This document shows positions 40,351 through 50,955 of a DNA stretch of 64,000 nucleotides, piece after piece. The position numbers and the translations under genes were made by a program. The notes beneath the pieces were generated by a model, which saw only the letters and a program-made list of their open reading frames with translations, was not told the DNA's origin and searched no databases. The stretch's first letter is position 1. The number at the start of each line of letters is the position of its first letter. Source of the stretch: an uncultured Candidatus Poseidoniales archaeon (GTDB taxonomy: Archaea; Thermoplasmatota; Poseidoniia; Poseidoniales; Thalassarchaeaceae). Where the stretch lies: contig CACJKA010000005.1 in NCBI GenBank assembly GCA_902593945.1, positions 16,643 through 80,642 on the forward strand, in the 5' to 3' direction.

Positions 40351-41312
40351 TGTCATCTAAAGGCCTTGGAAGAGGCTTAGAATCGGTAGCAGAATTGGCC
40401 AAAGAAGGACCTGATCTTTCATCATATGTATCTGTACCAAAATTACCAGTAGATTCTCCAAGAGTGGCTGTTCTTTGGATGATATTTGGCAGTATTTCAT
40501 TTGGGACTATGAATGCATTAGTGAAATGGACATCTGTAAATGCAGACGTATGGATGATAATTTTCGTACGTTCACTGGTAATTGCTATAGCAGTAGCTGT
40601 TTTTGCTAGTTTTCAAGGCATAAGCCTCAAAGTGAAAGATCGAAGAAAGATGTTTCTACGTTGCCTCACAGGATTAATTGCAATGTTGCTTTATTTCACA
40701 GCATTGTCATTAATTCCAATTGGTCAGGCGGTTACATTACAGTATACTGCTCCATTATTTGTAGCACTACTTTCTGGCCGGTTAATTAGCGAGAAAGTTT
40801 CTTCTTCAGTTCTAATTCTCCTATTGACAGCTTTTGTAGGGATAGTTCTGATAGTCTCTCCAGACTTGGAAAGTATTGATTCCAATGCACTACTTGCTCT
40901 TGGGTCGGGATTATTTGCAGGATTAGCTTATATCTTTGTTCGTGATTTAAGAAAAACAGAATCACCATCTTCAGTAGTATTTTGGTTCGCTGCTTTTTCA
41001 GTCCTAGGGTCAATGGTTCAAGCAGTCCCTGATTTATCCAATTTATCATTCGAAATGGTTGCAGCTTTAATCGGCATTGGAATTGGTGCAGGGGGAGGTC
41101 AAGTAGGAATTACTATGGCTTACCATAAGGCAAATGCTGCTTGGGTCAGTGCTTTTTCCTATCTTACAGTAATAATAGCAACAATTTATGGCGTTATTTT
41201 GTTTGATGAGATATTAACTTTGAAGATTATTATTGGTGGTTTAATGATTATAGGTTCGGGAATAGCATTGGTATTTTTTACTCCCTCAAGTTCAGATAAT
41301 GAGAGTTCTTAA
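40350..41312 (+). CDS. EamA/DMT family 10-TM protein with N-terminal ParB-like LGRGL peptide
   Basis: ATG overlaps the parA stop (TAATG). Begins MSSKGLGRGLESVAEL, then EamA repeats (IFVRS, LQYTAPLFVALL, SAFSYLTVI..YGVILFDE). Confidence 0.88.
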   Translation: MSSKGLGRGLESVAELAKEGPDLSSYVSVPKLPVDSPRVAVLWMIFGSISFGTMNALVKWTSVNADVWMIIFVRSLVIAIAVAVFASFQGISLKVKDRRKMFLRCLTGLIAMLLYFTALSLIPIGQAVTLQYTAPLFVALLSGRLISEKVSSSVLILLLTAFVGIVLIVSPDLESIDSNALLALGSGLFAGLAYIFVRDLRKTESPSSVVFWFAAFSVLGSMVQAVPDLSNLSFEMVAALIGIGIGAGGGQVGITMAYHKANAAWVSAFSYLTVIIATIYGVILFDEILTLKIIIGGLMIIGSGIALVFFTPSSSDNESS

Positions 41313-41983
41313 TCGAACCATTCAGAAATCTCGTCAAGATTCTTCCTTGTAAGATTAGGTACTTTGGCATTTTCTGCAGGATATCCGACAGGCATTAGTA
41401 ACATTGCATGTTCATGTTCCGGTCTATCTAGGATATCTCTTAGGAATTTCATAGGTGATGGAGTGTGTGTCAAAGTAGTCAGTCCCATATTTTGTATAGC
41501 TGCAATGAATAAACCTATAGCAATTCCACATGATTCTTGAGAATAATAGGTCGGAGCGCTTTCTCCATTCATGCGTTCCCTTTTAGATTGCCTAAATACA
41601 ACTACAACCCAAGGAGCATCAGTAATATGTTCCTTGACATGATCTGTCCCCAGGGGGCGCAATAATTCAGCCCATGCTTCTGGCATTCTTTCAGAGTATG
41701 TTTTTTCTTCTTCCTCTTCTGCTGCTTTGCGAATCTTAATTTTCAGTTCTTCATTTGATATTGCGACGAAAGTCCAAGGTTGCAGATGTGCTCCAGATGG
41801 TGCTGTACCTGCTGTTTTAATTGCTATTTCTATTAATTCACGGGGAACTTCCTTTCTTGAAAAATGCCTTGTAGTACGTCTTTTATTCATCATTTCAAAG
41901 AATCTCGAAGCATTTACAGACATATCTTCTACAGGAATCTCAGAGAACTCTAAATCAATGAAATCAGATTCTTCATCATTCAT
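41309..41983 (-). CDS. Iodotyrosine deiodinase-like nitroreductase
   Basis: RRTTRHFS, AGTAPSGAHLQPWTFV, IRKAAEEEE, LRPLGTD..KEHITDAP, TLTHTPSPM are IYD-family signatures. Confidence 0.88.
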   Translation of the reverse strand: MNDEESDFIDLEFSEIPVEDMSVNASRFFEMMNKRRTTRHFSRKEVPRELIEIAIKTAGTAPSGAHLQPWTFVAISNEELKIKIRKAAEEEEEKTYSERMPEAWAELLRPLGTDHVKEHITDAPWVVVVFRQSKRERMNGESAPTYYSQESCGIAIGLFIAAIQNMGLTTLTHTPSPMKFLRDILDRPEHEHAMLLMPVGYPAENAKVPNLTRKNLDEISEWFD

Positions 41984-42539
41984 ATTTTCCCTCAGATCGT
42001 TGTACTATAAGTCCTGCAATAATCATCGCAGATAGAGTTAGAGAGAAAATAAATCCTGGCAAACTATCATCTTTATCTTCAGTCATACAAGAGGTATCAT
42101 TCCCTCCCCATTCTTCTCCATCATACCAACAGTCAGACCATATTTTCCAACCAAATCCTGATTCAGGAATCCTTACAACTGTTTCATTATTATCTACTTG
42201 GTCAATTCTCCAATTCAAGTAGGTTGCATCTTGGTCTACAATTACTGAAGCTGTCCATGTTTCATTATCCGAAGTATTCATTTGAATTGTTTTCGGAGGA
42301 TAGCAAACACCCGAATTAATGCAAACCTGAGTAATCCAGTTAATGTGGCTAAGATTCGTAGTTCCATTCTTGAGAGTTAGTGAAATAGTAAACTCTTGTT
42401 CTGCATAAACAATTTTATTGTATTCCATCGATTGAAAATCAGTTTCATTCAGACTTGTTTCCTCATTAATTCCGCCATCTGAAGCAACGACATTGGATGA
42501 TAAAATAGTCACCATCACCAATGCCAGCAGTTTATGCAT
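41976..42539 (-). CDS. Secreted PGF-CTERM-type surface protein with DsbD-alpha-like CxxxGxCYPP motif
   Basis: Signal peptide; QVCINSGVCYPP; C-terminal LPGF, TM helix and short charged tail. Confidence 0.7.
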   Translation of the reverse strand: MHKLLALVMVTILSSNVVASDGGINEETSLNETDFQSMEYNKIVYAEQEFTISLTLKNGTTNLSHINWITQVCINSGVCYPPKTIQMNTSDNETWTASVIVDQDATYLNWRIDQVDNNETVVRIPESGFGWKIWSDCWYDGEEWGGNDTSCMTEDKDDSLPGFIFSLTLSAMIIAGLIVQRSEGKYE

Positions 42540-42578
42540 AACTGTTCGTAGAGATTCTTACAAATGAATCCTATTGAT

Positions 42579-43112
42579 TCATGTTTCTAGTTCCCAAAGT
42601 TCATCGCCAACCCAATGGATTGTCTTAATCGCCTTTCCTTTGGTCATTTCCATCATTTCTTCACCACTTACTAGAGCCATTCCTATTGCGAGAGGTTTGC
42701 CGTGTTGTTGATCTCTAATCCACATTAAATCGCCAGGTTGTATATTCGGATCCGCTAGATGAATTCCTGCTCCCATACAATCTGCTCCATTCATCAAAAA
42801 AGGAATCGCTCCGTGATCTACTGCTGCCCAACTTTTTTCTATATTCCAAGCCAAAACCCCTCTGATTGTTGGATACCATGATTTTCCGGAATCTGTCTGG
42901 ATCTGAAATGCTAGAGGAATTTTATCTACTAAAATCAAGTCTCTTTCTTGAAAATGCCCTTTTTCTAAAAATAGGTTTGGAAAATTTAGATCTATACCAA
43001 TTACGTCAGAAAGTTCTTTCATTTCTTTACGAATTTGCTTCCACCTTACAGGTGTCCTGCGTCGAATCCTCTTCTCACTCACAATTACTTGTGAAAGCAT
43101 AATGTCTATCAA
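42579..43112 (-). CDS. PUA-domain RNA-binding protein (MCT-1/DUF1947-like)
   Basis: VDHGAIPFLMNGADCMGAGI and GKAIKTIHWVGDELW motifs. Confidence 0.88.
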   Translation of the reverse strand: MIDIMLSQVIVSEKRIRRRTPVRWKQIRKEMKELSDVIGIDLNFPNLFLEKGHFQERDLILVDKIPLAFQIQTDSGKSWYPTIRGVLAWNIEKSWAAVDHGAIPFLMNGADCMGAGIHLADPNIQPGDLMWIRDQQHGKPLAIGMALVSGEEMMEMTKGKAIKTIHWVGDELWELET

Positions 43113-43233
43113 TATACTTTATTTTAGTCACACAAATTATGTTTTTCAGCATTTATTCCGGTAGAATTTGACAGTTTTCTCTTTACTGGTTAATCCAATC
43201 TATTGAAATAAGGGCGGCAAGTCGGCGGCTTGC

Positions 43234-43626
43234 ATGGCAAAGTGGCATGGTATATCTCGACGCAAGGCAACAGGCGGACGCTTGAAGCGACCAAACCGTT
43301 ATCGAGGTAAGCGTAGAACAGAGATTTCCAGTGAAGCTCAGTATGCTTTCGTAGGTGACGTTGATGCATCTAAGAAGTATAGAAAGAATGCAGGTTCTCA
43401 AACAGTTAGAGTTACTTCAGCTCACACAGTAAATGTCCATTCCAAAGATGGTAAGACTACTCGTTCAACAATCTCAAATGTTCTAGAAAATAGTGCAAAT
43501 CTTAACTTTGTTAGACGTAACATAGTTACGAAGGGAGCAATCATTCAAACTGAACTTGGTAAAGTCAAAGTAACTAGCAGGCCAGGTATGGACGGAGTAG
43601 TTTCTGGCGTTCTTATAGAAGAATGA
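43234..43626 (+). CDS. rps8e: 30S ribosomal protein S8e
   Basis: SRRKATGGR, RRNIVTKGAII, KVTSRPGMDGVV motifs. Confidence 0.96.
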   Translation: MAKWHGISRRKATGGRLKRPNRYRGKRRTEISSEAQYAFVGDVDASKKYRKNAGSQTVRVTSAHTVNVHSKDGKTTRSTISNVLENSANLNFVRRNIVTKGAIIQTELGKVKVTSRPGMDGVVSGVLIEE

Positions 43627-43675
43627 TTCAGTCGAAGCCCTCAAGTTTGCTCAATAACGCGGAGAGAGCGGTAGC

Positions 43676-44116
43676 ATGACAGCGGACAAGTCGAAGATGA
43701 CTCTTTGGACTAGATATTTTGATTCTAAATTATCTCGTTCTGAAGGCCGTCGCGTTTCTAAAGAAGCTTCAATCCCAAGCCCTAGTCTTGACTCAATTGT
43801 TTGGGCTGCAAGAGAAGTAGGACTATCGAAGATGAAGCGTGATGTCGAAGCAAGTCACCCTTCTCGTCCACATTCGAAAGAAGGTAGACTCATTCTCTCA
43901 ACTAAAGAAGCAATTTCAGTAACTCAGGCAGATTCTAAAGAAGGTGTTATGAAAAGCATTGGACTTCGTTTACGTCATCAGTATATCGAAGCAAAAAATG
44001 ATGAAAATCCAAAGCAGAAACAACAAAAGAAAGGCGACAAACAGGTTCGTTCACAAAGAAAATCATTCAAGGGAAAGAATAGCAGCCAAAGGAAAAAGCG
44101 TTTTGGTCGCAAATAA
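43676..44116 (+). CDS. srp19: Signal recognition particle 19 kDa protein
   Basis: LWTRYFDSKLSRSEGRRV and HPSRP..EGR motifs; follows rps8e as in other archaea. Confidence 0.88.
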   Translation: MTADKSKMTLWTRYFDSKLSRSEGRRVSKEASIPSPSLDSIVWAAREVGLSKMKRDVEASHPSRPHSKEGRLILSTKEAISVTQADSKEGVMKSIGLRLRHQYIEAKNDENPKQKQQKKGDKQVRSQRKSFKGKNSSQRKKRFGRK

Positions 44117-45142
44117 TTATATCTCAGGTGTCCACCCGAATTTATCTTCAACTCTTCCATTCATTATATCCGTAAGTGCTGTGTATAATTCTTGAGTAAT
44201 TTCTCCAATTTCTCCATCACTGTAATTAGCAATTTCTCCACCATGTTCTATCGAACCAATTGGAGAGATGACTGCAGCGGTCCCTGCACAAAATGCTTCA
44301 TCTGCAGTCATGGCAAAGTTAACATCGACTTTTGTTTCTTGAACTTCATACCCGAGAGACCTTGCTAATTCAATAGTTGACATTCTGGTAATACCTGGTA
44401 AAATGGTACCAGTAAGCTCGGGTGTGTAGATTATTTTGTCTTTAACACAAAAGAAATTAGCAGCCCCAACTTCCTCAATATATCTGTGATTTACTGCATC
44501 AAGATAGATAATTTCAGCATATCCGTTCGATTTTGCTTTTTTCGATGGCATCATTCCGGGCGCATAATTCCCTATTGCTTTCACGCCACCTGATCCGCCC
44601 GGAGCTGCTCGATGATATTCATCTGAAACTTTCAAAGAAATTGGATTCATACCACCTTTGAAATATGGGCCTACAGGAACTGCATAAATCAAGAATGTGT
44701 ATTCAGGAGCTGGAGCTACACCCAAAATTGCTCCACTACCAAAAATCAGAGGTCGAATGTATAACTCTCCTCTTCCTGTTGGAGGTAACCAACGAATATT
44801 TTCTTCCACTACCTTTCTTACAGCATCTAAGAACATATTTTCCGATACAGGAGGCATCCCTAATCTTCTACAACCATCAGCTGATCTTCTTGCATTAAAT
44901 TCGGGACGAAATAGTAATACTCGCCCATCTTCTGCTCTTCTTGCTTTCATTCCTTCAAACAAACCTTGTCCATAATTGATAACACCTGCAGCAGGTGAGA
45001 TTCTCAAATTTTGGTAATCTTGCATGATTCCCTCTTCCCATTCGCCACCTTGCTCACATTTGGAAATAAACATCCTATCAGTTTCTGTAAAACTGAAAGT
45101 CAAACTATCCCAATCTATGCTTGGTTTGGACTCATCTAACAT
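44117..45142 (-). CDS. ilvE: Branched-chain amino acid aminotransferase
   Basis: NYGQGLFEGMKA, LYIRP, KAIGNY, EEVGAANFF, ILPGITR, GTAAVISPI motifs. Confidence 0.95.
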   Translation of the reverse strand: MLDESKPSIDWDSLTFSFTETDRMFISKCEQGGEWEEGIMQDYQNLRISPAAGVINYGQGLFEGMKARRAEDGRVLLFRPEFNARRSADGCRRLGMPPVSENMFLDAVRKVVEENIRWLPPTGRGELYIRPLIFGSGAILGVAPAPEYTFLIYAVPVGPYFKGGMNPISLKVSDEYHRAAPGGSGGVKAIGNYAPGMMPSKKAKSNGYAEIIYLDAVNHRYIEEVGAANFFCVKDKIIYTPELTGTILPGITRMSTIELARSLGYEVQETKVDVNFAMTADEAFCAGTAAVISPIGSIEHGGEIANYSDGEIGEITQELYTALTDIMNGRVEDKFGWTPEI

Positions 45143-45256
45143 ACTAACGGCCTCAGTTAAATGTCTAGGGAGAGGGGACGGCTTTCAACGGTTTTGTTCA
45201 ATCGAACACAAAATAGCATTAGGAGAACTTCACAAGTGTGAGTATGATACGCCTCA

Positions 45257-47917
45257 ATGATAGGTAGGGTGTTTACATTGGAATGGAAAGAAGAAGCCTG
45301 TATTATCTCGGGAGATAATCGTGCTTTGCCTGGAAATGTTGGCAAAACTGCAATTGAATTATGGTGTAGATCAAAATCAGGCCATTCAGTACTATTATTG
45401 GTCCATGGCCTTAATCCATATATTGAAATCTCAGATCCTAAAACCAACTCAAATTCTACCTCTCCTAGTTTATCTTTGGAATCTATTTCAGAAGATTGGA
45501 GAGTTGTCGGCACCCCTCTTCTTCTTGGGAATAAGTTGTATGAAGGAGAGGAAAGACCTCATTGGAGAGTTTTTGTGAAAGATACAACAATTGTTAGAAA
45601 ATTGAGAAGTGAATTATCTACACGGGGATGGGATGTAACAAGCTCAGACATTTTACTAGTTCATAGATTGCTAATGGATTGTGATTTGGGTCCTCATATA
45701 TCATTCTCTGGTGAAGTTCTTTGGGCAAATGAACGTGCACCAAAAGAAATTACTAGGCTCGAAGATGCAGATTCAGCCTCTGAGAGAATTAAGCAACTCG
45801 GAGGAGCAGGATTATACCCGGTTGACCTAATAATGTCTTGTGATGTCTCAGATTTGAGACGTATAGAGCCATTTCCAACACCTTTTGTAACATTTTCTTA
45901 TGATCTAGAAACAAGTGTAAAGCACAATACAATCCTTTGCGCGGCTGCAGTAATTGATAGAAGTGGCCAGAGAACAATTCATGAATTTAAAGGTTCAGAA
46001 AAAGAAATAATGGAAGGTCTTACAAGATTAGTAAGGGAAGAAGATCCGGATTTTATTACTGGATATAATATTGATAATTTTGATCTTCCCAGAACACAGG
46101 AAAGGTCTGAAGAAAACAGTAATTCATTTTCTGAACAATCATCTATGTTTGGTTGGGGGAGAGTACCTCTGACAAACAAAGAAATAGGCGTTAAAAAAAC
46201 AGGTCGTATATTCCCTCAAAGACAACAAAATAGGGTTTGGAGAATTTCAGGTAGAATTCCTCTTGATGCTTGGTGGCAAGCAAGACAGACTTTGAGCCCA
46301 CAGAGAGAATCGCTCAGATATGTTTCTAACTTATTGTGGCCAGAACAAGATGATAAACAGAAATTAGATGTTGATGCAAGTCAGATGGATATGGAATGGA
46401 AAAATCGCCCAGAAGAAGTGATGGAGTATTGCGTGAGAGACACAATCTTGCCCTTAGATATCCTTGAGAGATTGAAATCGATTCCAAGAAAAGAAGCCCT
46501 TGCATCAGTATCTTCTACTACTGTAGAAACCGCATCAGCAGGCACAACTAGTCAATGGATAGATTCTCTTGTTGTAAGATTAGCAGATAGAAATGGAGTT
46601 GCAATTCCTACAACAAATCGCACTACAGGTAGAAGAGAACAGATTGCGGGAGGCTATGTCCATGAGGTAGAGCCCGGAGTAAAGAATTGGGTAGCTGTTC
46701 TTGATTTCAAATCAATGTATCCCTCTATAATGATATCAAATAATATCTGTTCAACGACATTAATCAGAGACTCAAGTATTGAATCGTCACATTTTGTTTC
46801 TCCAATTACTAACACAAGATATTTGTCTAAAGATAAGAGGATAGGACTTGTTCCATTATTATTACAAGATTTAATGAATAGTCGTGATAAATATAAAAAG
46901 GCATATTCGCAAGCTCTTGAAGATGGTGATGAAGACGAGGCATTCCTCAATGATCAATTACAATATGCTGTAAAAATCCTTATGAATTCTTTCTATGGTG
47001 TTTTTGCGTCCAGTTTTTATCGATTCACACACGAAAAATTAGGTGCTAGTATAACAGAATGGGCTAGATACAATATTACTGAAATTATTACGAACCTAGA
47101 GAGCGATGGTTATGATGTAGTATATTCTGATACGGATTCAATATTTGTTTGTACTATGAGTGAAGATAATACCCCCGCCAAGAAACCAGATTCAGGTAGT
47201 GAACTATTAGCTTGGGAATCTGCTAAAGAAGAAACTATCAAACTCGGTGAGCAATTAGCAAGTCAATTTACCAAAGAAGGTGCAGAGTTAGAATTTGAAA
47301 CAGCACTTTCTGCATTTTTCTCACATGGGGCTAAGAAAAGATATGTTGGCAGAGTAATTTGGCCACGTGAAGAGTTATTGATACGAGGTTATGAAGTCAG
47401 ACGTACAGATTCTTTCAGTATACTTAGTAAAACAATGACTGAAATGTTCGAATTAATCCTTGAAGGCGACGAAGAAGGCGCAATTAATCTCGCTAAATCA
47501 GTGATTACCGAAGTCCAACAAGGGAAAATACCTGCATCAGATCTAATTGTCAGTCGTTCATGTAAGGGCAGTTGGGATAAAAAATATGGAAAATGGGTGT
47601 TTGACAAAATTTATGCAAATCCAGATAGTTTACCATATGTAAGAGCGGCAAAAGAGAGAATAAGTAGAGGTTTACAATTCACTCCAGGTATGAAGGTGGG
47701 CTATATTATCACTGATTCTAAGACAAGTCCGATGGAAGTTAAGGCTTGGTTAGTTGATGAAATAGGAGGTGATCCCCCAAAACCCGATCCTCAATATTAT
47801 GTCAACAGACTGGCAAAATCACTCGGAAGAATCACCTCTGCATTGAATTTTGATGAATCTAAACTGAAAGATTATGCTAAGAATCCTTCAACACAGAAGT
47901 CATTATTTGACTTTTAG
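45257..47917 (+). CDS. polB: Family B DNA polymerase
   Basis: Exonuclease motifs YDLET, GYNIDNFD, YCVRD; polymerase motifs DFKSMYPS, KILMNSFYG, YSDTDS, KKRY; C-terminal PIP box QKSLFDF. Confidence 0.96.
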   Translation: MIGRVFTLEWKEEACIISGDNRALPGNVGKTAIELWCRSKSGHSVLLLVHGLNPYIEISDPKTNSNSTSPSLSLESISEDWRVVGTPLLLGNKLYEGEERPHWRVFVKDTTIVRKLRSELSTRGWDVTSSDILLVHRLLMDCDLGPHISFSGEVLWANERAPKEITRLEDADSASERIKQLGGAGLYPVDLIMSCDVSDLRRIEPFPTPFVTFSYDLETSVKHNTILCAAAVIDRSGQRTIHEFKGSEKEIMEGLTRLVREEDPDFITGYNIDNFDLPRTQERSEENSNSFSEQSSMFGWGRVPLTNKEIGVKKTGRIFPQRQQNRVWRISGRIPLDAWWQARQTLSPQRESLRYVSNLLWPEQDDKQKLDVDASQMDMEWKNRPEEVMEYCVRDTILPLDILERLKSIPRKEALASVSSTTVETASAGTTSQWIDSLVVRLADRNGVAIPTTNRTTGRREQIAGGYVHEVEPGVKNWVAVLDFKSMYPSIMISNNICSTTLIRDSSIESSHFVSPITNTRYLSKDKRIGLVPLLLQDLMNSRDKYKKAYSQALEDGDEDEAFLNDQLQYAVKILMNSFYGVFASSFYRFTHEKLGASITEWARYNITEIITNLESDGYDVVYSDTDSIFVCTMSEDNTPAKKPDSGSELLAWESAKEETIKLGEQLASQFTKEGAELEFETALSAFFSHGAKKRYVGRVIWPREELLIRGYEVRRTDSFSILSKTMTEMFELILEGDEEGAINLAKSVITEVQQGKIPASDLIVSRSCKGSWDKKYGKWVFDKIYANPDSLPYVRAAKERISRGLQFTPGMKVGYIITDSKTSPMEVKAWLVDEIGGDPPKPDPQYYVNRLAKSLGRITSALNFDESKLKDYAKNPSTQKSLFDF

Positions 47918-47969
47918 TCACTATTACACGAAGCCGTAGGATTGATGAGATATCGATACTACGGGTACT

Positions 47970-49178
47970 ATGATGGCACGCCTCCGAGGACTTGCATTTT
48001 TGTTGGTTTTATTGATGATTAGTACTACTTTAGCTGGTTGTTTAGACCAGTTTAGTGGTAATAATGCTCCAACTTCAACCTTTACAATGAGTCCAAATTC
48101 TAATGTAAGATCTGGCGATGAAATAACATTCAATGCTGCGGGTTCATCTGATCCTGATGGAGATTTACTAACTTTTACATGGAATTTTGGTGATGGCAAT
48201 ACTGGTTCAGGGCTAACAACCACTCATTCTTATGTCCAAGATGGCGAATATAGCGTAAGACTGACTGTTAGTGACGGTTCTTTAGAAACTACAACAAAAA
48301 AGACATTGAATGTCATCGATCCTTCTGCTAGAGAGCCGCAGGCTAAGATTAGTGATGACAAGGCTGATGATTGTGAAGGTGAATCAGCTCCTGCTGGAAG
48401 CTTCGTTCTAGTATGGGTTTGTGAAGATGATAAGGAAATCAATGATAGAGAAGTTGAGTTTACAACGAAAATCAATTTAGATGCTTCAGATTCATGGGCT
48501 GGTTGTGATCCTGATGATTCTGATTGCTATGCCGAGGAATATATTGTTGAATGGAATTGGGATTTAGACACTAGTTACGACTCAGACAATGATGGGGATA
48601 CCGAGAACGATATTGATGCAACTGGAGAAACAATCGAATGGGAAACACTTCCATCTACAGGAGATGCAATCACAGCGGGAGCTTGGGAAATTAGTTTGAC
48701 AGTGGTAGACAATAATGGATTAACCTCAACTGATGATACCAAGGTGTATGTTAGTTATCGAGGTGTTTGGTCAGATTTTGAGATAGACCGTCGTTTAGGT
48801 AACGACCCAATTGTTATGTCTTGGGAATATCCTCTAACATATGATTCAGAAACAACTGATAAGATTCGTTATCTGCGGTTAAAACTGATTTATCCTCAGG
48901 AGGATGATGGTGCAGGTGGAATTACTGTAGATTCTGAAAATATACTAGACATATATGTTTACAATTCTACTGATGATGAGGTAGCTAACACCTCAGCAAT
49001 TGGTCCCGATAACAGAGATGCTGGCGACTGTGATTCCGATGATCATTGTGTTTGGATGGTAATTAGTGGTTCTACGGTAAGAGGCAAATTGCCTGGTCAA
49101 TGGACTGCAGACATCCAAAATGAGAAAACTCACAACACAGAGATAAAACATTTCATTATTGAACTTGAATATCGATGA
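47970..49178 (+). CDS. PKD-domain lipoprotein
   Basis: Lipobox [22 protein letters not shown]...HSY...VRLTVSDG; a second PKD-like unit. Confidence 0.85.
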   Translation: MMARLRGLAFLLVLLMISTTLAGCLDQFSGNNAPTSTFTMSPNSNVRSGDEITFNAAGSSDPDGDLLTFTWNFGDGNTGSGLTTTHSYVQDGEYSVRLTVSDGSLETTTKKTLNVIDPSAREPQAKISDDKADDCEGESAPAGSFVLVWVCEDDKEINDREVEFTTKINLDASDSWAGCDPDDSDCYAEEYIVEWNWDLDTSYDSDNDGDTENDIDATGETIEWETLPSTGDAITAGAWEISLTVVDNNGLTSTDDTKVYVSYRGVWSDFEIDRRLGNDPIVMSWEYPLTYDSETTDKIRYLRLKLIYPQEDDGAGGITVDSENILDIYVYNSTDDEVANTSAIGPDNRDAGDCDSDDHCVWMVISGSTVRGKLPGQWTADIQNEKTHNTEIKHFIIELEYR

Positions 49179-49284
49179 ACTGCGGCGCTGTTTATACCAT
49201 ATTCATAACAGAACAATATATTCATTCTGATGAATGGCTTCAAATATGCCTCTACGGTCCGCGGGCTACTTAGAGGTGTATCAT

Positions 49285-50571
49285 ATGGGTTCACAATGGG
49301 AAGATAAAAGCAAACCGCACTTGAATATTGTATTCGTTGGTCACGTTGACCACGGAAAATCGACAACAGTTGGAAGACTACTATTAGATAGTGGTCATAT
49401 CGAACAACACGTTATCGATAAGAATGAGAAACTTGCATCTGAGCAAGGTAAGGCTGGTTTCGGTCTTGCTTATGTTATGGATGGATTGAAGGAAGAGCGT
49501 GAGCGTGGAATTACTATCGACGTAGCTCACAAAGAGTTCTACACTCCAAATTATTACTTCACTGTAATTGACGCACCTGGTCACCGTGATTTCGTAAAGA
49601 ACATGATCACCGGAACAAGTCAAGCAGATGCAGCAGTTCTTTGTGTTGCAGCTAACGACGGTGTAAACGCACAAACTAAGGAACACGCTTTCTTAGCACG
49701 TGTTCTAGGTGTTAAACAACTAATCGTTAACATCAACAAGATGGACATTAGTGGTGTTGACTACTCAGAAGATAAGTACAACTCAGTTAAGACTGAAGTT
49801 TCCAATCTATTGAAGATGGCTGGATTCAATCCAGCTGACGTTCCAATGATTGCAGGTTCATCTTTCTATGGAGAGAACATCTACAACAAGAGTGAGAACA
49901 TGGGATGGTACAAGGGACCTACTCTGTTCGAAGCAATTGACAAGATTCAGATGCCTCCAAAACCAACAGACCGTCCATTAAGACTTCCTATTCAGGATGT
50001 TTACAAAATCAGTGGTATCGGAACTGTTCCAGTAGGAAAGATCGAAACTGGTGTTTTGAACTCAGGTAAGACTGTAGTTTTCAATCCAAGTCAGAAATCA
50101 GCTGAAGTCAAGTCAATTGAGATGCACCACACTGTTCACGCAAAGGCAGAGCCTGGTGACAACGTTGGATTCAACGTTCGTGGTCTAGCTGCAACAGATA
50201 TCCGCCGTGGAGACGTTGCTGGATACCCAGAAAGCGCACCTAACTTCGTACGTCACGACGAGACATTCGTTGGACAGATTCAGTTAATGGATATTCCAAA
50301 GGCTATCGGCGCAGGATACACACCAGTATTCCACTGCCACACCAGCCAAGTAGCAGTTCGATTCGTTGAACTTCTTGAGAACTCGAAGACAAAGGAAGCA
50401 AACCCTCCGTTCCTAAAGACTGGAGATGCAGCTCTAATCCGTTTCGGACCTACCAAGCCAATGGCAATCGAGCAGATGGATGCATTCCCTGAACTTGCAA
50501 GATTCGCTATCCGTGACATGGGTAAGACCGTGGCTGCTGGCGTTTGTATGAAGATTGAGAAGAAAGCTTAG
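49285..50571 (+). CDS. tuf: Translation elongation factor aEF-1 alpha
   Basis: [41 protein letters not shown] motifs; GAGGTG Shine-Dalgarno before ATG 49285. Confidence 0.98.
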   Translation: MGSQWEDKSKPHLNIVFVGHVDHGKSTTVGRLLLDSGHIEQHVIDKNEKLASEQGKAGFGLAYVMDGLKEERERGITIDVAHKEFYTPNYYFTVIDAPGHRDFVKNMITGTSQADAAVLCVAANDGVNAQTKEHAFLARVLGVKQLIVNINKMDISGVDYSEDKYNSVKTEVSNLLKMAGFNPADVPMIAGSSFYGENIYNKSENMGWYKGPTLFEAIDKIQMPPKPTDRPLRLPIQDVYKISGIGTVPVGKIETGVLNSGKTVVFNPSQKSAEVKSIEMHHTVHAKAEPGDNVGFNVRGLAATDIRRGDVAGYPESAPNFVRHDETFVGQIQLMDIPKAIGAGYTPVFHCHTSQVAVRFVELLENSKTKEANPPFLKTGDAALIRFGPTKPMAIEQMDAFPELARFAIRDMGKTVAAGVCMKIEKKA

Positions 50572-50612
50572 ATTAGATTTGTAGAATTAAGATAGATTGG
50601 TGAGTGAATTAA

Positions 50613-50942
50613 ATGCCAGTCGTCACTACAATCAAGTTAACTGGTGATAATCACAAAGATGTAGATCTGGTATGTGCTACAATTAAGGCAATCTCCGATA
50701 AATCTGGAGTTAAACTTCGTGGACCTATACCTCTACCTACTAAGAAATTGGTAGTTCCTTGCAGAAAATCTCCTGATGGAGAAGGTGCAGAGACTTGGGA
50801 TCACTGGGAAATGCGTTTCCACAAGCGTCTTCTTGAACTTGTAACTAACAGTTCAAAGGACGAGAAGGCATTGAAAGCAATTATGATGATTGAATATCCT
50901 GATTCAGTCACTATTGAACTTTCACTTCGAAATCTTGGATGA
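50613..50942 (+). CDS. rpsJ: 30S ribosomal protein S10
   Basis: GPIPLPTK..RKSPDGEG..WDHWEMRFHKRL; lies directly after tuf. Confidence 0.96.
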   Translation: MPVVTTIKLTGDNHKDVDLVCATIKAISDKSGVKLRGPIPLPTKKLVVPCRKSPDGEGAETWDHWEMRFHKRLLELVTNSSKDEKALKAIMMIEYPDSVTIELSLRNLG

Positions 50943-50955
50943 TTTATTTACCAAG

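Noticed and set aside
45257..47917. Inactivated or intein-containing PolB
   Set aside because: All exonuclease and polymerase catalytic motifs are intact, the length is normal, and no intein signature was seen.
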